64,000 bases of DNA from positions 145,762 through 209,761 of the forward strand of contig DF237044.1 in the NCBI GenBank assembly GCA_000708835.1. Reading direction: 5' to 3'. Made by a program: the position numbers and the translations under genes. The DNA is from Klebsormidium nitens (lineage: Eukaryota; Plantae; Klebsormidiophyceae). The notes under the pieces are model-generated. The model was given only the letters and a program-made list of their open reading frames with translations. It was not told the origin of the DNA and searched no databases. Of the stretch, positions 21,477-32,000 are shown piece by piece. Each line of letters opens with the position of its first letter. Within the stretch, counting starts at the first letter, position 1.

Positions 21477-23259
21477 ATGGCCTTGTCACACGCTGCAGAG
21501 GTCTGTTCTTCTGGCTTGTTCTCAACCACCCAGAATTTCCACAACTCCGCCCGACCAGCTCAGCCAATTCCTCTTGCCAGCACTTTCTTCGGTAGCTCTC
21601 GCAAATTGGACCAGAAAACCTGGTCACTAATTACAGATGTGCAGAAGTCGCAGCGGAAGGGCAATGCCACACGAGCGTCAGCCGCCGGAAGCGGCAACTC
21701 GTTTGGTAGGTTCTTCAAAAAGGTGCTGAACAGCACGCCCATTCTTGGGCTTGTGTCAAACCTGGCTGTGGACGCAGGCAATTCCTTTGTGCACTACTCG
21801 CAGTTTGGCAGGCAAGTTGCAGACAAGGCAACACGGGCGACGGACGAGGCGTTTGCGGATCTTGAGGCAATCCATGGGAAGGTAAGCTGCCGTCTTGACA
21901 AGCGGTCCCGAAATGCTACACAGCGTTGGTATTACGGCGCCGGCTGCTCTCCTTTGTGAACGTTTTTTCTAACAGGAGCACTGAAAGTTGATACTGCTCT
22001 GACTGTTAGGCAGCTCTGACGGAGACCATAATGCCCCACATCAGAAACTGCAATTGTAACCTTGGTGGAATCTCATCGAAGAAATTGCGGGACGACATCA
22101 GCCACCCTGCTGATCATGTAACTTAGTGCGCACTTGATCAGTGAGCGAAATGTCATACAGAGAAAGAACAACGGAACATTCTCCTGACGGGGCTCTAAGG
22201 GAGTGAGAGGCGCTGGAATTGCCTCTGAAGCAGCTCCCTTGTCGATTTGCATCTAACAATGTTTCCCGTCCTTCTTTGTAAAGAACCCGTTGTTTCTTGC
22301 GTTACCTGTTTCCATTGCTTCTCTAAACCGCGTCTACTTACACCGTGAAGACAACAAGTCCAGCACCATTGGCAGGATGCTCACAAGATTGCTCCTGAAT
22401 CCAAAGATTTAAACAGTGATGATCTGTTCTTCGAACCCCCCAGGCTCAGCTCCCTTTCAAATACCTTCTCTATTGTGGCACCTGTCCATTTGGAAAGTTT
22501 CTATTCCGCCTGACGTGTCTTACTGTCGCATGTCTTCCAGCCCGCCCGTTTCGGTCACGTCCTCTTCTGCTGCTGGATTGCCTCCTCTGGTGCGGGCCTT
22601 CTCCGGAGGGACGACGTCCTCGTTGCCGCCAAGCGGCTGCGCTACTCTTTGGATCTGCAGTTCGAAGTGGAGAATCAGGAGCGGCTTATGCAAGAGGCGG
22701 TAGCCAAGGTGAGATCAAGTTCTTGATCCACGCAAGAGTCGTGCTTTTGCGGTTTCAACCTGAGAGCAGAAACTTGTGGACAATGACAAGGACTTCTAAG
22801 ACTTGAGCCCAGCGTATTTTTTCTTAAGTTCGAAGCCGTTTATGATTGTTCCTGTTCCTTCTGAGATCGGAGAACGGTTTTGTTGTTCTGTTCTTGGGAA
22901 CAGCACAAGGACAGACGGGCCGCTCCATGGGATATTCGAGAGCCTCTTATACATCGCTCTGCGTGAGTTGCTTTGCCTGTTTCTAACATTTGAAAGTACA
23001 CTTGTTGCAGGTTGAAAAATTGAAAAAGCCATTCCCAGACCCTCCGCTAGTCGCACGAATGGACGTGGCAGTGCAGACCTTATGCAAGTGCTGTATAGGC
23101 CGAGACTATATCTCAGAAGAAGACAGCAGAATACTTCAGTTAGTCTTGAAGGCGTGCTTTTCGGAGGCAACGAGTCCAATGATCGAGGATGTGCTGAGGC
23201 CATATCTAGAGCGGGACAACGAAGTCGAGATATCTAGTTCAGATGCTGTAACAACTTGA
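21477..23259 (+). CDS. PSA3: Photosystem I assembly factor PSA3 homolog, about 273 aa, 3 exons
   Basis: Exons 21477..21881, 22541..22708 and 23011..23259, all phase 0. Segments FFKKVLNSTPILGLVSNL, VLFCCWIASSGAGLL, SLDLQFEVE and LCKCCIGRDYISEEDSRILQLVL parallel Arabidopsis PSA3 as I recall it (FANKVIGSLPVIGLL, VLLCCWVAAVGAGLL, SNDLEFEEQ, IYACCFRRGLIEEEDEKLLQVML). Both CC pairs are conserved and the N-terminus looks like a transit peptide. Confidence 0.88.
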
Positions 23260-23909
23260 CCACGGGCTGACTCGCGTCGGACCGTCCGGCTAAAGAGGAC
23301 TGCATTGAAAGACGTTGGGAGTACCACTTATTATCTATCACTCCGATTCATTCATCCACTCCGCCCAACCTTGGATTCATGGCCCAATTGCATGAGAGCG
23401 CTAGGCGCAGTGAATGCATTCGAGGCCAGACCAGACGTACTGGGCAGGGTAGTGGCAATTCTAAGTAGATGTCCTAGTGCAACAGCCAAGGATGCAACAT
23501 TTCTATGCAGGAGGCGCGGAGGCGCGCGGGAAACGTACATGTACGTGCCAATCATTTCAATGCATGCACGGTTCAGTCTCTAGCTACGGTCACGTAAAGT
23601 AGACGCGTACTGCGTCACTCGCAAGCGATTGGCCTGGGCCGGCGGTGCTTATTTCAAACGGCCCCCGGCCCCAGAAGACGAGAATGGGTCAATCGGAATC
23701 ACCGACGCTTCAATCGCAAACACAAATCGATCCCACTGCTTAACCTCGAGTTCCATTTTGAATCATCCACGCTGCCGGAATCATCCGACTGCCCCTGAAC
23801 CAATTCTGCCAACAAGAGTAATTGTAGACACTCCAGCATTTCAAGGCTTATTTCATGTTAGATAAGCGCGAGCACCAAATGCTACCTCTGGACTCAAAGT
23901 CCATGTTGT

Positions 23910-26900
23910 CTAGTATTTAATGGGTCCTTTCAGGTTGCCTTCCGCAAACTGCAGAGAACCAGCGTACACGTCAGTTCTGACACCCCAAAATCACGATGTC
24001 CAATAACAATCGAAGCGTGCTGAAGTAACATCCTGGCGGCAAATTACTCGGATGTAAAAGTAGAAAACTAGAACCCTTATGCAGATCATTAGAAGCGGCT
24101 GTCAAATCACGTATTTCGATTGGCTAGCAAGTTCCGACGACAAGTTTCAGGCGGTCAGTATGAGGGAGCGACGGCGACTACTGAAATGGCCAGCAAATAA
24201 ACACAGAACTTGCGATGGACGCAAACCACTTTCTATCACGGGAAAGAATGCTCTGAAATGTGAAGCCAAGGACAAAATAGTGGTATGTTCCAGGACCGGA
24301 AAAGACGCATACAGCTCGTTTTGGCGGTGCCTGCGGCGCTTACCTGTCTGACGATTGGCTCTTGCGAGGTGTCGAACTCCGAAGTGGTCCCCTCCCAAAC
24401 GACCCTGCCTTCGTGGAGGAAAAGCAGCCTGGCAGACAGACCAAGCAAAGTGATTTCGGGTTGTCAGGTAATCATAGTTTACGGACCACAAAACGGGATT
24501 GAACCCAAGGCACATGCGCGCTTGGAGTAAGACCTGTTGCTCGAACCCCGCTTTTGCTCGAACCCCACTCCCCGCAAAAAAGAACTTAATCAAAAGGTAC
24601 AGAGCCCCGTAAGCTCTGAGAAAGTTCTTCTAACTTGCAGCGCGGACTTTTGTGTTTGCAGTCGAACTCTTGAAAAAACGTGGCGACGAGGAGGACAACT
24701 CACAACGATTTTCCTTTAGCTGCCTAGGAGCCTTCAAAGGTCCGTTCAAAAGCCTTGTAGAACCCTGCTTTTGCCACTCAACTTGGAGTGAGCCTCACAG
24801 ACAGAGCTTTCAGTTGTTTCGTTTCCTGCATGTTTTTGCCACGTACAACAATGGTCGTAACAGTTACCTCGTTAAGAATGAAGTCGGTAGCACTGCCTGG
24901 CAAAGCAACAACAACAATCAGCTTCCTTCTTCCACAAAGTCTCTGCCCATCCTTACTTTTCCACACCTGTTTCAACCCTCGTCCCTTTCCGCTTCCCTCC
25001 ATCGTCGCGTTTCTCGCAATCGTTCTCTGATAATTAAACCTCTAGCTCGCAAAATCGTTGACACGCAATCGTCTTTCAGGCTTCGACTCTAACCCGCGTC
25101 ATTTTTCGTGACCCACCTGTCAACCGTTCGACCCTAACCCGCGTCAGTTTCCGTGTGACCCTCCTGTCAACCGTTCGACTCTAACCCGCGTCGGTTTCCG
25201 TGACCCACCTGTCAACCGCGCGCCGGATCGTGCTGTGCTGGTGAGTCACCACGATGTAGCTCGCGATCGTTCCGGGCTCTTTCGTCGCCGGATTGATGCT
25301 CTTCACGTGCAGCGACCGGATCAAATCTTCCACGACCGTCGATGCGATCGGGTCCAATCCGGCCGTCGGTTCGTCGTACATGACCACCTCCCGGTCGTCC
25401 GATGAGCGCTCCTCCTGGGCGTCCGAGATGATGGCACGTGCCAGCGCCACGCGCTTCTTCATCCCGCCGGACAGCTCGCTCGGAAGCCGCTGCTCGACGT
25501 TCTGCAGAGGGGAAGGTCTGAAGATATGAAACCTGTTATTGAAAACAAATCGAGGGTCTTGTAGTCCGGGCCTTGCAATCGCGGCTTGAGGATTTGGAGC
25601 TGACAACCTGAGAGTTCGTACGGATGGCTTCCTGAGTTGTGGGGTGTTGACATCAGGAACTTCCGAAGACAGGACGTCGGACTCGGCCGAAGCGTCTGGC
25701 AGACGGACGAAGAAACATCATCAGGAAGCTTCCGCTTTCAGGGGCATATATTCGCGACTCTGCAAAACAAAGACAGATCGGCCTTCTTGACCGTGTGATG
25801 CCCCCTGCTCCTAATAATGTACCAAAACGATATGTTTCCGAGTCGTCAAAAAGGACAATCGATTGAGCAGATTCGACCAGTTGCGAAATTGTTTGATCGA
25901 TCCAACTCTGAATTCCGAATGAGCCGAGATATGCCCCCGAGCGGTCGTTTGACCCTCACAAGCTGCCGTTGGGGTGTCCGGAATTGAATCGAATTAAATT
26001 GGATTGAGTTGAATCCTAGTGCTGTCAAACGCTTATGAAACCGATGCGACAAATCACTTTCCGAACGGAAAGCAGGTGATGTAGCTTTCGGTGATGTAGC
26101 TTTCCAGGGGAAAAGAATTACTTGATTTCTGGAATCATATCATTTCCGAACAGTACTTCGCGAGCAGCTGTTCAGTAGCACCTGACAAATGTGACCTGAC
26201 AAAAGGCAGCAACACAAATCTTTTTTTCTGTTGATCAATCGTGTAATCAGTCGATAGCTCAAAGGTGATCTGAGAAGGGCGCTGAGTGACTCCCAACGCT
26301 CAGAAGAGTTGCAGAGCTCAAACTCGTGAATTCCATCATGGAGGAAGAGAAGGGCGACAGCGACTTACATAAAGCCCCACTTGCATCAAGCTCTCAGTCA
26401 CTCGCCTCTTTATCTCGTCCTCTGGAATATCGGAGTGCTCGTACCTGCGCAAAATCAGAGCAACAGCCAGACGACTCAAAGAAGCACACTGCATTCTTAC
26501 GTTCTCTTTTCTTGGCGGTAGAAAGAACGGCGTCGGTTGAGACTAATAAGCAGCATACAAGAAAAGCTCAGGCTTGCCGATCAGATTGGAAATACCGGCT
26601 TCGAGGCACACTGGTTCATAAATCCTGATTGGAAAAGCAGTCGTCCTCGCAAATAAGTGAAATATGCACTGAGCCTGCACCACCGCACAAGGGGAACCCA
26701 TGTTTTTTCCGCGGAGTGAGAAACTCACAGCATGAACCCCACGTTCTCTTGCACAGTGAGTGAATCGAACAGCGCCGCACTCTGGAACACCTGTAGCAGA
26801 GAGAAACGACGCGTCTGAGCTGATGCCGTCATGCTGATCGAATTAAGGGGTTCAATTAAATTCCATCTTGACAGAAGAAGGAGATCGTTCGGTTCTCAGC

Positions 26901-28243
26901 CCTGATCGCTGAATTGGCTACATCTTTGAAATAACCCCAGCTGTCTTGGGGTGGGACCTCAGTAAGATGATATCTGAGCGACACTCCCGTACATGAAAAC
27001 AGGTGCCAATCATTGTCTGCCTCGCTGCCCAACCTTGCACCCTATGACCTAGCGCAGAAAGGTCTTGAACACATTCTGAGCATGATTGCTCATGGTGTAT
27101 GCTTTGGCCCCATCGTAAAGAGAGCCCCAATGTGCAACAAGGAAGGTCGTAACTTGAAAGACTCTGCTCAAAGCCAAACCTTGAGAAACTGTCCCGTTCA
27201 AGAACTGCTCACCATCCCAATTCGCAGCGGCGGATTGTCCTCGTCGCTGATCAGCCCTTCCCTCTTCTTGCCACAGACCCAGACCTCACCCTGTACAACA
27301 AAAGGACTTTTTCTGCAAATGTACTTACTGCTGTTAGAGTTCGTGCGTTTGCAATAATGGCAGACAATGATGGGAAAGACGAAAGATGAGTCACATTTCA
27401 AATGCAGGCGGCGCAGTTTATTGTGCTTAGACCCTGCATGAAGGTACAAACTGGCTTGCTTTCGTCTTGCCCTGTGGTTGAGGTTTCTGGTATGTGAAAA
27501 GTCCCGTTAGATGAGCGTATCAGGGAGCTTAAACGGCAACCCTCCTTCAGGTGTGCTTGCTCAATTGGCCCCCCGGCAAAAGAGTCGGTTGGAACATTCT
27601 TCCACTTGCGCCAAACCGTTATCCTGTATCTTTGAGAAAGGGCCTAATGCATACACCAGCAAGAACTGCAGAAAGGCAGATGACGCACCTTGTCTGGTTC
27701 CAGAAGACCCGCCATGATTCTCAGAATGGTCGATTTTCCTGTCCCCGAAGGCCCAATGATCCCCACCGCCTCCCCATGCCTGATCTTGAAGCTAGCGCCA
27801 CGCAGAATGTGCTTATCTCCAAACGACTTGTACACGTCTTTGCACTCAATCAGCACCTCTCCGTTTTCCTCTACGTCTTCCATTCGTTCGGGGCTGGCCG
27901 GGGCCGCTACAAATGCGCTGCATCTAGTTCTCCTGGCTTGCCGACTCCTTCCATCCTGTTGTTCCCTTGCTCCGCCAAACTCACACCTCGCATTCCAAAA
28001 TGCTGATGCCACTGCTTCAGATGCATTCCTTCTTTGTGAGGGGCTTGTTTCATGCTTTGCTTCGAGGGGGGTGCTTGCATGCACAGACTCTGGTCTGCAC
28101 TGGCAGAGTTGATTTTGGGACGGCCAAACAAGGGGCAGAGGTTGCAAATGAGCTCCAAAAAGCGTACCTTGGTGAAAGGATCGACAAGTTGCTATTGAGG
28201 GTTGAAAAACCGCCCCCAATTGTAGCATGGGAGTCGCAAGCAT
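23910..28243 (-). CDS. TGD3: Plastid lipid-import ABC ATPase TGD3 (ABCI13), about 395 aa, 7 exons
   Basis: Exons 27689..28243, 27213..27290, 26729..26790, 26369..26444, 25209..25501, 24344..24428 and 23910..23948 join in frame. Walker [10 protein letters not shown]-loop [11 protein letters not shown], signature [13 protein letters not shown], Walker [24 protein letters not shown]-loop [10 protein letters not shown]-terminus GPIKY*. Long transit-peptide-like N-terminus. Confidence 0.95.
25082..25218 (-). repeat. Three tandem 45-47 bp copies of the TGD3 exon-5 donor junction
   Basis: The unit ttcgac(t/c)ctaacccgcgtc...gaccc(a/t)cctgtcaaccg starts at 25082, 25127 and 25174. Each unit carries the exon end GTTGACAG and the adjacent intron start. 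Confidence 0.9.
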
Positions 28244-29051
28244 CTTGCCGCAAGCCAGAAACTAGATAGAACTGCGGTTCAGCTGCTTCTTGTCCCGTCA
28301 ATGCAATGCGCAAATCAGAGAGGGAGAGCCTTTTTGGCACTAGCACCTCGCTTTCAAACCAGCAACCTTCGATACAAGGAATGGCAGCAAAAGTTTCCAA
28401 TGGCAAAAGAGGTGGGGGTCTTGCGCTGCGGCCGAAGAATGGAAACCCTAGATTCGCTCCGAGTCCTGAGCCATGTCAGTGTCACATTGTCAATATGTCA
28501 ATGTGAATGTCATGAGCATGATGAGCAGGAATGAATGTTAATGCTGATCGAGGAAGTCAAGCCAAGACATATATGTATTCACACTCTGCAGGGTTCAGTC
28601 AACAACGTTTGCGAGAGTCAACCCGAGCTTTCAACTTGGCATGTCGAGTCTGAAGCCTTCTATTACTATTAGTATCATCCTATTACAATTAGTATCATCC
28701 TATTACTATTTTTATAGGATGATCTATTAGTATCATCCTATTACTATTAGGATCATGTGTCGATGGTTCATAGTCTCCATATTTCCCTCTGGTACAAGAA
28801 ACGGCAAAATCAGGCAGGCCCTGGGCACGGCCCGTGAAAGTGTGAAACTTTTAGGGCAGCTTTTAGACGGTCAAGCATCCGCCACGTTTAGACAAAGGCA
28901 AACTCTGCAGAGAGACCTTCTTTCATTGCAACTTGCAAGCTGAGAAATGGTGCTTGCAAGTAAACAGCCGCATGCTTGTTTTTCTTGCGTTTAGCCACTG
29001 TTGCCAGTTTAAACCCTGGCTTCGTGGACCACCACAGCCCTGCGCGCACGA
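28244..29051. promoter_or_regulatory. Probable bidirectional promoter region between TGD3 and the photolyase
   Basis: The two start codons are head-to-head about 800 bp apart. This is positional inference only; no cis-element is validated. Confidence 0.4.
28661..28756. repeat. AT-rich 20-bp tandem repeat (TATTACTATTAGTATCATCC) with an inverted sub-copy, in the TGD3/photolyase divergent intergenic region
   Basis: Copies start at 28661 and 28681, with partial copies to about 28756. ATAGGATGAT near 28715 is the reverse complement of ATCATCCTAT. Confidence 0.85.
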
Positions 29052-32000
29052 ATGCTCGCCTGCTCTCTGCCAAACGCATTGGCACACAGGTGTTCCGCCT
29101 TCAGCGGTAGCAGCAAAACAGGCAAAATTCTGATCAGAACCGCTCCTCACGCTACCACATTGCAGGCACCGCTCTGCAAAATCCACTCTTCTAGTGCAGC
29201 AAACGCTCTTTGCAAAGCGACCACCATTTTGGGTTTGCCGCTGAGATCCTGTGCTAACTTAGCAAGTAGCCCTAGCTTCAGGTATCGCTCTGCCTTTTCT
29301 GCGCAAATCGAAACCCTCTGTCCTGTTGAAACCGGCGGGTTAGCTTCCAAACCTCAGGGTTTCGTGTCCAAATCAGTTGGAAGTCCATCTGAAATGGCCT
29401 CCAAGCGAAAGGCCCCCTCGCGCGGCGCAGAGGGTGCGGACGTCAAAGAACTCCTCGAGAAAGCTGTCAAGAAGGGCAAAAATGCAGCTGGAAAAGCCGT
29501 AGAGTCGACAGCGGGCGCCGTGAAAGACGCGGCGGGGGGCGCCGCGAAAGCGGTCAAGAAGGCCACCGAGAAAGTGGCGGAGGTGCCAAAAGCAGCTGCG
29601 AAAGCTGTCTTACCGTCCAGCGCAAAGGACGAAGGAGCGGGGCCTTCGTCGAAGACACCTCCGCTGTCGAGATTACCCGCTGACCTCAACAAGTTGGTTG
29701 ACCCGAAGCGGGTTATGACGCTACGGGAGGGAGAAGTCACGGGGACTGGGCCTGTGTTGTATTGGATGTCAAGAGACCAGCGGTCAGCGGACAACTGGGC
29801 TCTGTTATATGCAATCGAGCAAGCGCACAAGCAGGGTTCGTCGGTCGCGGTTATCTTTAACCTGGTCCCAAGATTCCTGCACGCGGGAGCACGGCATTTC
29901 GGGTTTATGCTGAGGGGGCTGCGGGTTATGGAGAAGAACCTGAAAGAGAAGGACATTCCGTTCTTCATTGTCCAGGTGAGACTGGTAGATATTGAGTCCT
30001 TCTATGCAGGCACCCCCTGCTTTTACAAGCAGACAAGCAGATTGTGTCATGGCCTCCTTGTTGTTTCTCACCGATTGCCAACTTGAAACAGGGCACAGAG
30101 CTCACCCTTTGTTACCATGACGTTTGCACACACACTTGTTGGTTGATTGCCTCATTAGTACTGAAACTCAGGCGTATCCTCACGGCATCGCCAGAAGAAG
30201 CCTTCGCAAGACCGGACCTCAGAGAAGAGAAATAAACAGGTACATGTGAGAGTTTCTTATTCCATTCTGTAAAGAGCTACACCTCACTGGCCCGCTTGTC
30301 AAGACCACTGTTTTCAACTCTCTCCCCACTCTGCCTGGAATCGTCATCGGCTCCGACCTCTATAAGCAATTGAAACGTCCTCACTTGATTAAACCCTTCA
30401 TTCTGATGATGATTCCTCTTTCGATAGGGAGAGCCCGTTGACACTATTGTCCAGTTCGTTGCCAAAGTGGGCACCTCGCTCCTAGTTACCGACTTCTCGC
30501 CTCTCCGGATCGCGCGGGAATGGAAGGGGGGTGTGTGCAGCTTGGTAAACATCCCCGTGCACCAAGTGGATGCGCACAACGTGGTGCCCACGTGGGTGTG
30601 TTCGGACAAGCAAGAGTGAGTGATGAAAGCTGTCCGAACTCGTCAATCTCGGACTGCGGCATGGAAGAATGTTGAGGTCGTTCCAGGGAGTGTTGCGACC
30701 GAGTCTGAGGGCGTATGCTCCTGGAAATAAGTTGGATTCCGAGAGTTCTGGCAACCCATGCGGACTCTTTTCAAATAGGGTGGCTACGTGTATATTTGAA
30801 GGTTTGTCCGAAACTATGTCTTGGGAGTGTCAAAGGTTCCTTCAAGTGCGTCCATTGACGTACTTGTGCTTCAGGGCTGTCTCCAACCAATTCTGTTGCT
30901 GCAAATCGTTGAAAACGTATTAAGGGACCATTTCCTTGCAGGTAAGATGCGTGTACGACGTAGGATTCCATACCAAGATGCACCACCAATTGCCGGAGTT
31001 CCTGGTAGAATACGCCCATTTAACTTTCCAACAACCCCAACAAGGGGAAACTCGAGCTGCCTTCTTATATCATTTCGAGCGTTCGATTTTTTTGGGTACA
31101 GTGCGCGTACAATCTGGACCAAGGTCCACCGCAACCTGCCAGAGTTTTCGGTATAGTATTCCGGATTTATCATTCAAGCCGGATTTATCATTCAAGCCCA
31201 ACAAACGAACCCTCGAGCCGCCCGCTTGTAACAATTCAGCGCCCACATTTTGTCGGTATGGTGCGTGAACAATCCGGACCAAGGTCCACCGCAACCTTCC
31301 CGAGTTTCTGGTAGAGTACCCCGACTTTACCAAATAACCCCAACAAACAAACCCTTTAGCCGCCCGCTTATATCGTTTCGGGCGCCCAAATGTCGCAGGT
31401 ACGGTGCCCGCACAATCCGGAACAAGGTCCACCGCAACCGCCTAGCAGAGTACCCCGGGTTTACCAAATAACCCCAACAAAGGAGACACTCGAGCCGCCC
31501 ACTTATAACGATTCGAGCGTCCGACTTTCGTAGGTACGGTGCGCGAACCATCCGGACCAAGGTCCACCGCAACCTGCCGGAGTTCCTAGTAGAGTATCCC
31601 GAGCTGCCTTCCAACCCCAACAAGTGGGCTCTCGAGCCGCCCGCGCCGATCGACTGGGAGGCGTTGCTGAAGATCGTCCTGTCCAACAAGGCGGTACGTC
31701 AGGATCTTAAGACGGTTATTGCAATGGTCACTTGCGCAGAAATCCAGGGTCAGGCGAAAAGTAGCGGAGGGGGCGGCCTGCGTTTCTGTTATTCTCCAGA
31801 TGTTTGTGCCTTCACGTGACTTGCTGTTTGTGCTTTGTCCAGTGGCGGAAAAGTGATGAATTGCAAGCCAAGACAAGGAAAAGATCCCGTCGTGCAGCAC
31901 AAGGTGGTTCTATCTTGCGCTTGTGTTGCTGCCCGGCATCTTGACTCTTGCGCGTGTGTTGCTGCCCGGCATCTTGACACGACGTTTTGTTATACACGAC

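Noticed and set aside
29354-29968. 204-aa minus-strand ORF, and similar ORFs at 55143..56273 and 20795..21595
   Set aside because: These are antisense or off-frame shadows of GC-rich real exons (photolyase, histidine kinase, kish/PSA3).
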